From positions 56,376 to 120,375 of the forward strand of contig DUVS01000029.1 in NCBI GenBank assembly GCA_012840925.1: a DNA stretch of 64,000 nucleotides, in the 5' to 3' direction. How positions within the stretch are numbered: the stretch's first letter is position 1; every line of letters starts with the position of its first letter. A program made the translations under genes and the position numbers. Shown piece by piece: positions 19,606 to 29,070 of the stretch. The notes beneath the pieces are model-generated. The model searched no databases. It had not been told where the DNA came from and worked only from the letters and a program-made list of their open reading frames with translations. Source of the stretch: Bacillota bacterium. GTDB lineage: Bacteria > Bacillota > Limnochordia > Darwinibacteriales > DTU012.

Positions 19606-19645
19606 ACCTTGTGGCGGAAATGGTCTGACACAAGGTTTTTAATTA
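19606..19645 (+). terminator. Rho-independent terminator
   Basis: ACCTTGTG...CACAAGGT stem followed by TTTTTAATT. Confidence 0.55.
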
Positions 19646-19709
19646 AAAATTAAGCAGGATTTTACATTGTAACGTCGAATAAATATGGATAATTCGAGGA
19701 GGGAAACTA

Positions 19710-20345
19710 ATGGAAGCCTACGCCAATCAGTTGTCATCTCCTGCTGTATCCTGGGACAAGCTGCCTGATGAAGAAATAGCATTGCTTGCCCAAAAGGGCA
19801 ACCAGGAAGCTGAAGAGTACCTCTTGAGAAAATACCAGAAGATGGTCTATATCTGGACCCGATCGTATTTCTTACAAGGAGCCGAACCCGACGATGTGAT
19901 TCAAGAAGGTATGATAGGATTGTACAAAGCTATTCGGGATTTCTCAATTGGAACCTCATCTTTTTGGTCCTTTGCCAAATTATGTATCATCCGCAATGTT
20001 ATCAGTGCCATCAAAGGTACAACCCGCCAAAAGCACCTGCCACTGAACTCCTATACGTCCTTGCACCGTCCTGTCAATGATTATGAAGGCGATCGCACCC
20101 TTTTAGAAACACTAACCAATCACAGAGTAGACGATCCGGAGATTCTAGCAATTAACCGTGAAGAACTGCAGATAACCAGCAACACGATCAAGGCTATTTT
20201 GTCGAAATTTGAGTATAATGTATTTAGACTATACATCACCGGGTTTACGTACCGCGAAATCGCTGAACAGCTTCATACCCATACCAAATCCATAGACAAC
20301 GCCTTATGCAGGATAAAGATGAAGATCGAGAAAAAACTGATGTGA
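19710..20345 (+). CDS. sigH: RNA polymerase sporulation sigma factor SigH (Spo0H)
   Basis: Region 2 (DVIQEGMIGLYKAIRDF), SFAKLCIIRNVISAIKGTTRQKHLPLNSYTSL and a C-terminal HTH (KSIDNALCRIKMKIEKKL) align closely with B. subtilis SigH. A GAGGAGGG RBS is present. Confidence 0.9.
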   Translation: MEAYANQLSSPAVSWDKLPDEEIALLAQKGNQEAEEYLLRKYQKMVYIWTRSYFLQGAEPDDVIQEGMIGLYKAIRDFSIGTSSFWSFAKLCIIRNVISAIKGTTRQKHLPLNSYTSLHRPVNDYEGDRTLLETLTNHRVDDPEILAINREELQITSNTIKAILSKFEYNVFRLYITGFTYREIAEQLHTHTKSIDNALCRIKMKIEKKLM

Positions 20346-20432
20346 ACTACGCCTTTACTCAACCCGCAAAGATGAGCTGCAGTGATAATTGCAGCAATTA
20401 ATGACTTCTTACAACAAGAAGGAGTGAGATTC

Positions 20433-21089
20433 GTGGCAGACTCAATGCCATTGATCGTTGCCCTTAGACTGCTTCTCGCCGTCGTTTTCGGAGGATTGAT
20501 CGGCCTTGAAAGAGAAAGTCATGGCCGGCCGGCAGGTTTTCGCACCCACATCCTCGTATCCCTCGGTTCAACACTAGTCATGCTCACTTCCGCGTACGGA
20601 CTGGAATCGATCAGCATAAATTACGATCCGGGTAGAATAGCTGCTCAAGTCATAAGTGGCATAGGCTTTTTGGGTGCAGGAACCATCCTGCGCGAAGGCG
20701 CCACCATTCGCGGCCTGACTACTGCTGCAAGTCTATGGGCGGTTGCAGGAATTGGCCTGGCTGTTGGCATAGGGATGTACTATGCCGCCGCGATTGCCAC
20801 CATTTTGGTGGTCTTCACCTTGGTTTATCTGAACAAGTTTGAGATTGGCCATCATCCATATTCCATAAGAATTACAGCAAATGATCAGATCAACCAAATG
20901 GCCCCGATTTTTACTGCGTTTGTACAGCACGGAATTGAGATCACTCAACTTACCATCAGCAATCAAACCGAAGGCGTTGTAACGATTGATATGACCATCA
21001 ACGCTCCCAGAAAAGCCAAACTCCGGGAGTTAGTGGTTAAACTGAATGAGCTCGAGGGCATTCAAGAAGCTGTGATCATTCAAGATTAG
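20433..21089 (+). CDS. mgtC: MgtC/SapB-family membrane protein
   Basis: The N-terminal MgtC domain contains GLERE, followed by a C-terminal ACT-like soluble domain. A GTG start with an AAGGAGTG RBS is preferred over 20382. Confidence 0.75.
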   Translation: MADSMPLIVALRLLLAVVFGGLIGLERESHGRPAGFRTHILVSLGSTLVMLTSAYGLESISINYDPGRIAAQVISGIGFLGAGTILREGATIRGLTTAASLWAVAGIGLAVGIGMYYAAAIATILVVFTLVYLNKFEIGHHPYSIRITANDQINQMAPIFTAFVQHGIEITQLTISNQTEGVVTIDMTINAPRKAKLRELVVKLNELEGIQEAVIIQD

Positions 21090-21099
21090 GAGGAGTAGA

Positions 21100-21858
21100 G
21101 TGCGTTTTTTGGTAACGAATGACGATGGAATTTATGCAGAAGGGTTACGGATTTTAGTCGAAACACTGACTCTGTTTGGAGATGTTTGCATTGTCGCACC
21201 AAACCAGGAACGGAGTGGAGTAGGGCACGGCATTACTGTAAACCGGCCGTTGAGGATTGATAAGGCCACTGTGTTTCCAGGTATCCAGGAATCCTATGTC
21301 ATGGACGGTACGCCGGCAGATTGTGTCAAGCTGGCGATTGAGTCAATGAACCTTGAGGTCGATTTTGTTGTTTCTGGCATTAATAACGGAGCCAACCTGG
21401 GTACCGATGTGTTTTATTCCGGCACCGTCGCCGCTGCATTTGAAGGTGCACTGCAAAAGATTCCTTCGATTGCCGTCTCGCTATGTAAAACCTCACCGAC
21501 TGATCAAACTTATTATCAAACAGCTGCACAGAGTCTGCATACGTTGTTGGCCAAAAAAGACTGGGCCATAACCTCCGGATTGGTCAACATCAATGTGCCG
21601 AATGTACCAATAGAACTGATCAGAGGTTTTAAAGCTACCAAATTGGGTGTAAACAGGTATAAGAACGAATTTGAAAAACGACTTGATCCAAGGGGAAAAC
21701 CGTATTATTGGATGAAAGGGGTCCAGTCCGAAATCGACTGTACAGATGGTGACGATGATTTCTGTGCTGTCGATCAAAATTTCGTTTCGGTAACACCGCT
21801 TTTGATAGATTTGACCAATTACCAAAAACTGCTATCACTGCAATCGATGTTTACTTAA
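21100..21858 (+). CDS. surE: 5'/3'-nucleotidase SurE
   Basis: The N-terminus (LVTNDDGI) contains the metal-binding DD, followed by GINNGANLG. It starts at GTG with a GGAGGAG RBS. Confidence 0.9.
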   Translation: MRFLVTNDDGIYAEGLRILVETLTLFGDVCIVAPNQERSGVGHGITVNRPLRIDKATVFPGIQESYVMDGTPADCVKLAIESMNLEVDFVVSGINNGANLGTDVFYSGTVAAAFEGALQKIPSIAVSLCKTSPTDQTYYQTAAQSLHTLLAKKDWAITSGLVNINVPNVPIELIRGFKATKLGVNRYKNEFEKRLDPRGKPYYWMKGVQSEIDCTDGDDDFCAVDQNFVSVTPLLIDLTNYQKLLSLQSMFT

Positions 21859-21956
21859 TATTTTGAGCCACCGTTGCCCCTACAGATCCTCTAGAGCCTC
21901 CGAATGTTATTAATAGAAATTAAACATACTAACGATAAGGTCGGTTTTCACTGGAA

Positions 21957-22187
21957 ATGAAATCCTCGCATATAATCCAACAAGGGGGGTTAACGGTGGG
22001 TGACAATGCTTTGAAGGTTGTTGCTGAGTCTAGTTTGGATACCGAACTATCGTTGACATACCATAACTCAGAATTCCTCGGATCTTTTGAGCGTGACGGC
22101 CAGATCTGTGATTACTATCTTGCCTTCACAAATTCAGGTACCTTTTACTATTATATCCCGCGGGATGAAATAAATAAGGAAGAATAA
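21957..22187 (+). CDS. Hypothetical small protein
   Basis: 76-aa ORF in an otherwise empty intergenic stretch. No recognisable motifs. Confidence 0.3.
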   Translation: MKSSHIIQQGGLTVGDNALKVVAESSLDTELSLTYHNSEFLGSFERDGQICDYYLAFTNSGTFYYYIPRDEINKEE

Positions 22188-22287
22188 CGGAACGGGAAAA
22201 GCATCTTTTCAGAAGTCGCCGAATTGAATATAGGTAGCGGAGATATATTGCTGAATGGGCAAAAAAACAAAAGGGGGAATTAATATC

Positions 22288-22671
22288 ATGATTGTGGTTG
22301 CCAAGGAAGACGTTCTCAAAGGGCTTAAAAAGTTCAAGCGTCTGGCCAAGCAAGATCTACTGGTAAGTCAGTTTACTACCGACCCGGACTTCTGGATAAG
22401 GCAGGCAGAAGGGCGCCGAAATACATACAGCAACCTAATGGAAATTGTTGATGAACATGGGGTAGACCATGCGTATCAATATGCAGTGAAAAAATACGCA
22501 AGTCTACCTTTTATTTTTGCTGATAAAGAGGAAGAAGCCGAAGTAATTGGCACGATACAGGCATTTGAGATGTTCTTCACAATCTTGGGAGTGCAACCAC
22601 CGGCAAGAAAGGAATTTAAGCCGTCAATCAAATATAAAAGCCGCGATATCGCAGCAAAAGCTCCACATTAA
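22288..22671 (+). CDS. Hypothetical protein
   Basis: 128 aa from the ATG after an AAGGGGGA RBS. It is followed by a strong bidirectional terminator. Confidence 0.45.
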   Translation: MIVVAKEDVLKGLKKFKRLAKQDLLVSQFTTDPDFWIRQAEGRRNTYSNLMEIVDEHGVDHAYQYAVKKYASLPFIFADKEEEAEVIGTIQAFEMFFTILGVQPPARKEFKPSIKYKSRDIAAKAPH

Positions 22672-22693
22672 GAACTTAGGATTAGGATCATAG

Positions 22694-22738
22694 AAAGCAG
22701 TCTGGTTCAGCGGAAACTGTCCCAGACTGCTTCTGTTT
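22694..22738. terminator. Bidirectional intrinsic terminator
   Basis: AGCAGTCTGG...CCAGACTGCT 10-bp stem, T-rich on both sides. Confidence 0.6.
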
Positions 22739-22790
22739 AGGTTGATTTCCGATCATACCGAGCATTGGCACCTGCCAAATCATGTGCAGA

Positions 22791-23429
22791 CTACTTGATA
22801 CTGCGAAACAGGCCGATCACTTTACCGATTATCATTACATCCTGAAGGATCATAGGTGCCATGGCTGAATTTTCCGGCTGGAGCCGGACATGGGTTCCTT
22901 CATGAAAGAAGCGTTTCACCGTTGCTTCTTCATCTCCAACCAAAGCCACAACGATATCGCCGTTCTGAGCAGTACTGGCTTTTTCTACAAGGACATAATC
23001 CCGGTCAAAAATGCCCGCCTCGATCATGCTGTCTCCTTTAATCCTTACCATAAATACCTCATGGTCGCCGACCAAGTCGTGGGGGACGGGGAAGTACTCT
23101 TCGATGTTTTCCACCGCCAATATCGGCTCTCCTGCCGTTACTTGACCGACGACAGGCACATTGACTATCGGCCGGTTATACATTCTGCTGCCAGTATAAC
23201 TATCGTCCTCGCTATGAAGAACTTCAATAGCTCTCGGTTTGGTCGGATCGCGACGAATGTAGCCATATTCCTCAAGTTTGCGCAAATGAGCATGGACAGT
23301 AGAGCTAGAAGCCAAGCCTACAGCGGCTCCGATTTCTCTTACAGAAGGAGGATAACCTTTTAACTGTACCTGCTCGTTAATAAACTTTAGAATACTCTTC
23401 TGACGCGCACTTAAGGACTTCGGCTTCAT
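22791..23429 (-). CDS. lexA: SOS repressor LexA
   Basis: N-terminal winged HTH ([17 protein letters not shown]). The Ala-Gly cleavage site is VTAGEP. The S24 peptidase Ser/Lys dyad is GDSM and VKRF. Confidence 0.95.
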   Translation of the reverse strand: MKPKSLSARQKSILKFINEQVQLKGYPPSVREIGAAVGLASSSTVHAHLRKLEEYGYIRRDPTKPRAIEVLHSEDDSYTGSRMYNRPIVNVPVVGQVTAGEPILAVENIEEYFPVPHDLVGDHEVFMVRIKGDSMIEAGIFDRDYVLVEKASTAQNGDIVVALVGDEEATVKRFFHEGTHVRLQPENSAMAPMILQDVMIIGKVIGLFRSIK

Positions 23430-23534
23430 CGCAATCCCTCCAGGATTGATAGCATTTTTACATTAATATACCATACTCTACTGAAAAAATCAAACTCTAG
23501 TTCGATATCTCGTTCGATTTTTTGAAAAAAGGTG

Positions 23535-23563
23535 TTGACAAAACATATGTTCTATTGTATGCT
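23535..23563 (+). promoter_or_regulatory. Sigma-A-type promoter for the yneA-like gene
   Basis: TTGACA, a 17-bp spacer, then TATGCT. The spacer contains LexA box 1 and box 2 lies just downstream. Confidence 0.5.
23541..23552. promoter_or_regulatory. LexA operator (Cheo box) 1
   Basis: aAACATATGTTC is a perfect AAC-N4-GTT palindrome and matches 11/12 of the Firmicute consensus GAAC-N4-GTTC. Confidence 0.65.
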
Positions 23564-23576
23564 TAACACAAAGGCA

Positions 23577-23588
23577 AACATTTGTTCT
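23577..23588. promoter_or_regulatory. LexA operator (Cheo box) 2
   Basis: aAACATTTGTTC, 25 bp downstream of box 1, between the -10 and the RBS. Confidence 0.6.
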
Positions 23589-23603
23589 ATACAGGAGGGT
23601 TAA

Positions 23604-23921
23604 ATGATGATCCACATGAGGACCATGCCGCGCTATCAGGCACAGCTAAAATCACTTTTCCAGCTCTTAATTGGGCTTTTGATAATCTGCTGCGTTATGA
23701 CAGGAATCATCCTGATCAAAAGCCAAGATCCAACGCAGCGAATGCCTGCGGAGGTCACTGAGATAACCGTTGCATACGGTGACACACTTTGGAGAATTGC
23801 TCAATACATTGCACCCGATATTGATCCGCGGCGCGTAATTTGGGAGATTCAGACCCTGAATCAAATAGAAACCACAGAGATATATCCTGGGCAAACCCTA
23901 AAGGTACCGGTTTATAATTGA
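23604..23921 (+). CDS. YneA-like SOS cell-division inhibitor (TM helix + LysM domain)
   Basis: 105 aa with an N-terminal TM helix (LFQLLIGLLIICCVMTGIILI) and a C-terminal LysM (VAYGDTLWRIAQ...GQTLKVP). It is divergent from lexA and has two Cheo boxes in its promoter, the same arrangement as B. subtilis lexA/yneA. Confidence 0.7.
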   Translation: MMIHMRTMPRYQAQLKSLFQLLIGLLIICCVMTGIILIKSQDPTQRMPAEVTEITVAYGDTLWRIAQYIAPDIDPRRVIWEIQTLNQIETTEIYPGQTLKVPVYN

Positions 23922-23964
23922 CAACATCTGAAGCAAGCCGCAGCTTGGCCATAACTAACAAACA

Positions 23965-23996
23965 GAAACCTGCCGCCAATGAGCAGGTTTTTGTGT
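23965..23996 (+). terminator. Rho-independent terminator
   Basis: AACCTGC/GCAGGTT stem with a 9-nt loop, followed by TTTTGTGTTTG. Confidence 0.6.
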
Positions 23997-24104
23997 TTGC
24001 AATGATTCGTGCAGATCATTCTTTATAGTTAACTTCGTATAATAGATATTATGTAAACTTAAATCAAAATGTGATTGACTTTTCTCGGGCGAAACAGCTG
24101 CCTA

Positions 24105-24136
24105 GAAAAATACCGCCTTCCCAATACGGAAGGCGG
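24105..24136 (-). terminator. Rho-independent terminator for the hydrolase gene
   Basis: 10-bp stem ACCGCCTTCC/GGAAGGCGGT followed on the minus strand by ATTTTT. Confidence 0.6.
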
Positions 24137-24182
24137 TTTCCTCGTCTAGCTCGATTCCACTGTAAGGCTTCACTTATGAATA

Positions 24183-25856
24183 TCAGCGTGACAGAATCCA
24201 ATCACCAATAGTCTGCAGCAGCTGCTGATCAACACGCCTGGTTGGATCCGTATACGGCAGCGGTTCACCGTATGTCATTTTTAGCACATGATCTACTCCT
24301 TCAAATATGTGCAGTTCATACTGGTTCTCTGGCAAAACGGCAGCCAGCGCGTAGGCATCCGCTACCTGAACTTGAGTGTCAGCTGAACCCTGAACGATGA
24401 GCACCGGAACCTGTACTGCAGACAATACTGCAGCCGGATCCGCAGTAAGCCAGTCTTTGAGCAGCTCTTTCTGGTACACAAAGGAAAGGATCACCTGTTC
24501 AAACTCCTTCGGCAGCTGATAGCGACTTACATCATAGCTCTTACCGTATGCTACGCACATATACATTTCATCCAGAGCAGCTTCAAGCCGGCTGTTGACG
24601 TCAGGATCGAATAGTCCAGCCTCCACAGCCGCCTCGCTTTGCTCCATCAGTTGCCGCTTAACCGTATCAAAGAAGGGGTATCCTGCTCCAGCCAACAAAC
24701 CGATTCCCCGTAAATCATCCCGTTTCCTGGCCACTTCTGAAGCAAGCCACGCTCCCTCACTGTGGCCAACGATAAATAACCTTTCTGGATCAACATTGTC
24801 CAAACTGGCTATCAGATCAACCAAAACAGAGATGTCATTTATATAATCATCAAATGATCTAACCTCACCAGGGCTCTCCCCTACACCTCTCTTGTCGAAT
24901 CTAAGGACAGCAATTCCACGGGAGCCCAAGTAGTGAGCTATTTCTTTTAGATAATCGGCCGGCCCTGGTATCACATAGCTGTTTCCATCTCTGTCGGTAG
25001 GCCCGGAACCGGCAACCAAGACCACTCCGGGCAGAGTTCCTTTCAGATCAGGTAAAGTCAATGTACCGCTGATTGTTGCCCGGTCCACGTCAGTCAAGAA
25101 ATCCTGATCGGTGAAACTGTAATTCCCAAAATCGGTAAATACCCGCGGCTTTTCATGTTCAATGTCCACCAGATCCTGCGCTACGAGCTCGAAGGCCTGC
25201 ATTGGGATGTGCAACTTGACTAAACTGCGATCACTTTGATCTACCCAAAGGTCAACATCAACACCAACATTGACCCTGAAATGATCGGTAGTATATTCCC
25301 CTACAGTTTCTTGTCCAATATAACTGACAGCCATGGGCAGCATCCCAATTCCTTGAGGCAACAATACAGGAACGATGATATTGCCCTCAAAAACACCGGC
25401 ACTAGCCATATCATAAATCCATGTTGCCACCATATAATCCGAAATCACGTTATTATCCAATGCCAAAACATTAGCGGTGCCCAAATCGGTGGTTGAGCCA
25501 GTAAGATCAAGGACATAACTGGCAGTATCTGCCCAATCCATCTCCAGGTTCAGCGAACCCCCGGCAAGAACTGTAAACTCATATTCTACAGGCTTTTTGG
25601 GAAACTCGGAACCTGCAAAAACGTATGTAGTTTGGATTTCCAAACCCAGATCAGGATAAACCGCCACTGTACGTAATGACGTTTCTTCGACATCCTTGAT
25701 CATTTCAACAGTTGTTGTCCCAATTTCCCTTCCTGCTTGTTTGATCATAAAGTTTCTTTGGATTAAAGACTGGGCATCAACTGAGACCATTGGAATCAAT
25801 ACCAATGCTAACATCAAGGTCAAAAACACACCGAATCTCAACGGTCTGCTGTTCAT
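24183..25856 (-). CDS. Secreted two-domain protein with a C-terminal alpha/beta-hydrolase domain
   Basis: Signal peptide (LTLMLALVLIPMVSVDAQS). The N-terminal ~250 aa have no recognisable motifs. The C-terminus has a GxSxG nucleophile elbow (GHSEGAW) plus downstream Asp/His in a hydrolase fold. Confidence 0.7.
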   Translation of the reverse strand: MNSRPLRFGVFLTLMLALVLIPMVSVDAQSLIQRNFMIKQAGREIGTTTVEMIKDVEETSLRTVAVYPDLGLEIQTTYVFAGSEFPKKPVEYEFTVLAGGSLNLEMDWADTASYVLDLTGSTTDLGTANVLALDNNVISDYMVATWIYDMASAGVFEGNIIVPVLLPQGIGMLPMAVSYIGQETVGEYTTDHFRVNVGVDVDLWVDQSDRSLVKLHIPMQAFELVAQDLVDIEHEKPRVFTDFGNYSFTDQDFLTDVDRATISGTLTLPDLKGTLPGVVLVAGSGPTDRDGNSYVIPGPADYLKEIAHYLGSRGIAVLRFDKRGVGESPGEVRSFDDYINDISVLVDLIASLDNVDPERLFIVGHSEGAWLASEVARKRDDLRGIGLLAGAGYPFFDTVKRQLMEQSEAAVEAGLFDPDVNSRLEAALDEMYMCVAYGKSYDVSRYQLPKEFEQVILSFVYQKELLKDWLTADPAAVLSAVQVPVLIVQGSADTQVQVADAYALAAVLPENQYELHIFEGVDHVLKMTYGEPLPYTDPTRRVDQQLLQTIGDWILSR

Positions 25857-25907
25857 CGATTAGCTCACTCCGATCATGGAAATTTTACCCAGCAAGCCAC
25901 GCGCCTA

Positions 25908-27137
25908 CTAACTTAATTTGATGCGATGATAGACCTTCTTGCCTTTCCTAACCAAAAGATAGCCGTGCTCATCAAAATCGCTTTCTGTAACGACGTAATC
26001 AAACTGTTTGATTTGTTGATTTTGCAGATAGATTCCCCCTTGGAGAATCAGCCTTCTCCCCTCAGAGCGGGTCGTGGCCAAGCCAACTTTGGTTAACAGC
26101 GAAATCAAATCTAAACCCTCGCTAAACTCGCCTGGAGACATCTCGGTCGTGGGAATAGACTCAGTATCATCCCCACCGCCGAAAAGAGCTTTAGCAGCCT
26201 TTTGGGCTTCGAGGGCAGCCGCTTCACCATGGACATTTTTTGTTATTTCATAAGCCAATACCTCTTTGGCATAGTTAATCTTTGCGCCTTCCAAAGCACC
26301 CAATTTGCGTACTTCATCCATGGGCAAAAACGTCAACAAGCCTAGTAAACGCTCAACATTGCTGTCTTCAACATTCCGCCAGTACTGATAGAACTCATAT
26401 GGGGTTGTCAAATTTGGATCCAGCCATACGGCACCTGCTTCAGTCTTACCCATCTTCTTTCCATCACTGGTCGTAAGAAGCGTAAAGGTCATTCCATATG
26501 CAGGCTTACCGGTCATTCTGCGAATCAACTCAACGCCTGCGATAATATTAGACCACTGATCATTGCCACCAAACTGCATCACGCAATCGCAATCCTGATG
26601 CAATCTATAAAAATCATAGGCTTGCATAATCATATAGTTGAATTCCAAAAAAGTGAGGCCTCTTTCCAACCGCGACTTGTAGCACTCAGCTGCCAGCATT
26701 CTATTGATGGAGAAGTGAACACCGATCTCCCGGAGAAACTGGATATAGTTAAGATTGCGCAGCCAGTCCGCATTGTTGAGCATCAGCGCTTTGCCGTCGT
26801 CAAAATCAATAAAACGTGACAGTTGTTTTTTGAACGCCTGGGCATTTTGATCAATTTCCTCAACAGACATGATTTTGCGCATGTCAGTCTTGCCGGTAGG
26901 ATCCCCCACCATTACCGTGCCGGCGCCAATAAGAGCAATCGGGCGATGTCCAGCTCTTTGCATATGTGCCATTGCCATGATCGTCATAAAGTGCCCTACC
27001 GTCAAGCTTGACGCAGTGGGATCAAAACCGATGTAAAATGTCACCTTGTCCTTACCCAGCAAAGCGCGGATTTCATCTTCATGAGTAGTCTGTTCGATAA
27101 ATCCACGCTCTTGAAGAACATCAAACACATTCTGCAT
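25908..27137 (-). CDS. tyrS: Tyrosine--tRNA ligase
   Basis: Class I HIGH motif (VGHF), KMSKS equivalent (KMGKT) and a C-terminal S4 domain. The ATG at 27137 has better RBS spacing than 27146. Confidence 0.9.
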   Translation of the reverse strand: MQNVFDVLQERGFIEQTTHEDEIRALLGKDKVTFYIGFDPTASSLTVGHFMTIMAMAHMQRAGHRPIALIGAGTVMVGDPTGKTDMRKIMSVEEIDQNAQAFKKQLSRFIDFDDGKALMLNNADWLRNLNYIQFLREIGVHFSINRMLAAECYKSRLERGLTFLEFNYMIMQAYDFYRLHQDCDCVMQFGGNDQWSNIIAGVELIRRMTGKPAYGMTFTLLTTSDGKKMGKTEAGAVWLDPNLTTPYEFYQYWRNVEDSNVERLLGLLTFLPMDEVRKLGALEGAKINYAKEVLAYEITKNVHGEAAALEAQKAAKALFGGGDDTESIPTTEMSPGEFSEGLDLISLLTKVGLATTRSEGRRLILQGGIYLQNQQIKQFDYVVTESDFDEHGYLLVRKGKKVYHRIKLS

Positions 27138-27260
27138 AGATATCATCTCCCTCTACCTTACTATAGCATGATACCATAATCTAGTACTATTATCAATAAA
27201 AACAATGCTCTGGCAGGACATTGATGCGCGGATCGGGAACTAAAATCATGCAGGACTGAA

Positions 27261-28457
27261 ATGATGAAGAGGTGCGTTACATTGCAAAATAGGCAGTATT
27301 ATCTTCACCCATATCAAACAGAATATAGCACTGAAGTAATCACATCAAACGGAGTTGAGGGACAATACCACGTTGTATTGGCCAACACAGTTTTCTATCC
27401 TGAAGGCGGTGGACAACCTGCCGACCGAGGTTTGATAAACGATATTCCTGTCTTGCATGTCTATGAGACTGCTGACCAGCAGATCGTCCACATTCTGCCT
27501 CAAGACCCCGGCCAAGGTGAAGTCCTTTGCAGGCTGGACTGGCAGCGCAGATTCTATCATATGCAGCATCACACGGGGCAACACCTGTTATCAGCAGTGT
27601 TTTACCGGAAGTACAATGTGCAGACGATGGGATTCCACCTTTCGGAGCAGTATGCCACCCTAGATCTCGATATTGCTGTACTTACACCAGAACTGCTAAC
27701 AGCTGCAGAACAAGAGGTTAACCGGCTGGTACAGCAGAACCTGCCTGTAAAAATCTATTTTATATCAGCTGCAGAATGTCAACAGCATGCACTTCTGCGC
27801 AAACAGCCACAGGTAGACTCTGACATTCGCATTGTGGAAATTGACAACTACGATGCCGTGCCCTGTTGCGGTACGCATGTGGCAAACACCGGTGAGATCG
27901 GCTTGATCAAAGTTATTAAAACTGAGAAAGTGAGAGGTATGACCCGTCTATACTATCGCTGCGGTCAAGAAGCATACAGGGATTACCAGTTCAAGCATGA
28001 TCTGGTCACCAACCTGGCAAACATCTTTTCCAGTTCGGATCAAGAGGTTTTGGACAGAGTCATGGCAGAATTGGAGCGGAAAAGTGAGCTTGAACGAGAG
28101 CTCAAAAATGTCAAACAGCAGCTGTTCAGGTACGAAGCCAATGGTCTTGTGGCTCAGGCGAAAGGGCGAGTCATAATTCACTATCTGGATGCCGATGCAG
28201 ACATCGACTCTGCTCAGATATTGATTAAAGAAATATTGGCACTCGGGCACTTCCTAGTTCTCGTTTCAGTGGGAAACAGAGTCTTCCTCTCCCACAATCT
28301 GGAGGACGATCTTGATTGCGGTGCGCTGGTAAAAACGCACGCTTCCGAATATGGTGGCCGGGGTGGTGGCAAGAAAGATTTTGCCCAAGTGTTCTTCCCG
28401 TCTCATGATCTGCTTCAGCAGTTTGTCAGCTCGGTTGAGACGGGTGTCGAAAAATAA
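27261..28457 (+). CDS. AlaX-L-type alanyl-tRNA editing protein (AlaRS editing-domain homologue)
   Basis: N-terminal YYLHPYQTEY. Zn-binding HxxxH (HHTGQH) and CxxxH (CCGTHV) motifs of the AlaRS/ThrRS second additional domain. C-terminal DHH-like region with GGRGGG. Confidence 0.75.
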   Translation: MMKRCVTLQNRQYYLHPYQTEYSTEVITSNGVEGQYHVVLANTVFYPEGGGQPADRGLINDIPVLHVYETADQQIVHILPQDPGQGEVLCRLDWQRRFYHMQHHTGQHLLSAVFYRKYNVQTMGFHLSEQYATLDLDIAVLTPELLTAAEQEVNRLVQQNLPVKIYFISAAECQQHALLRKQPQVDSDIRIVEIDNYDAVPCCGTHVANTGEIGLIKVIKTEKVRGMTRLYYRCGQEAYRDYQFKHDLVTNLANIFSSSDQEVLDRVMAELERKSELERELKNVKQQLFRYEANGLVAQAKGRVIIHYLDADADIDSAQILIKEILALGHFLVLVSVGNRVFLSHNLEDDLDCGALVKTHASEYGGRGGGKKDFAQVFFPSHDLLQQFVSSVETGVEK

Positions 28458-28480
28458 AGGACTCCTCACCAAGGAGTCCT
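28458..28480. terminator. Hairpin between convergent genes. Its T-tract is on the minus strand.
   Basis: AGGACTCCT/AGGAGTCCT 9-bp stem with a TTATTTT run on the minus strand, serving the lipoprotein gene. Confidence 0.45.
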
Positions 28481-28507
28481 GAAGTACTTCGTCTCTAAAT
28501 TCGATTA

Positions 28508-28921
28508 TTAGTCATCTTCGTAACCTGCAGGTACCACGGTGATGTCTAGTTTCTTAAAGAGAGTTTGTCCACCTAGGTCTTCCACTGTCACACGCAAAGT
28601 CCCTGAAATTGGTTCATCTTCTACCTTAGCTGCCTTGAAGACAACATCATACCCTGTATTTGGAGCTACAGTTCCGATCGCTCCGCCGGTGATCTCCCAA
28701 TCAACCGTGCAAGTAGTTACTTCTTGGTGGAAATAATCATAGACCTTGACAGCGATATCTAATTCTTCTTCTGATGTTAGTGTCATTTCATCTTCTTTAT
28801 ATTGCTCATCATTGACAATGAATACTACTTTTTCGATCTCGCCACCAATAATAAAACATCCACTTAAACTGATCATGGCAACTATCAACAAGATAAGCCT
28901 GAGACCCAAATTTCTCCGCAT
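28508..28921 (-). CDS. Lipoprotein of unknown function
   Basis: Lipobox LSGC after a positively charged, hydrophobic signal peptide. 137 aa, acidic. Confidence 0.6.
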   Translation of the reverse strand: MRRNLGLRLILLIVAMISLSGCFIIGGEIEKVVFIVNDEQYKEDEMTLTSEEELDIAVKVYDYFHQEVTTCTVDWEITGGAIGTVAPNTGYDVVFKAAKVEDEPISGTLRVTVEDLGGQTLFKKLDITVVPAGYEDD

Positions 28922-29070
28922 TTCCTACCTCCTTCCATTTCTAGTTATTTATATTGTATCGAAATATTTAGTTTCTCGCAACGCCCAAATTTGGACTAGT
29001 TTAATCGTATTTATCTTTTTACCGAATTGCCTGGCTGCTAATGGGAAGAATACATCTGAGGTGACACGAT

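Noticed and set aside
23497-23513. GTTCGATATCTCGTTCG near the lexA promoter, considered as a LexA box
   Set aside because: It is a direct repeat of GTTCG around a GATATC palindrome, not the inverted GAAC-N4-GTTC arrangement. It could be a site for another regulator.
27138-27400. Possible T-box riboswitch upstream of tyrS
   Set aside because: The intergenic region is only ~120 bp before the alaX-like gene begins. No GGTGGTACCGCG-type T-box core or specifier/antiterminator structure is visible.
28746-29070. 394-aa version of the menA ORF extending antisense through the lipoprotein gene
   Set aside because: It is merely an unstopped frame. UbiA-family homology begins near the TTG at 29071, which has a GAGGTG RBS.
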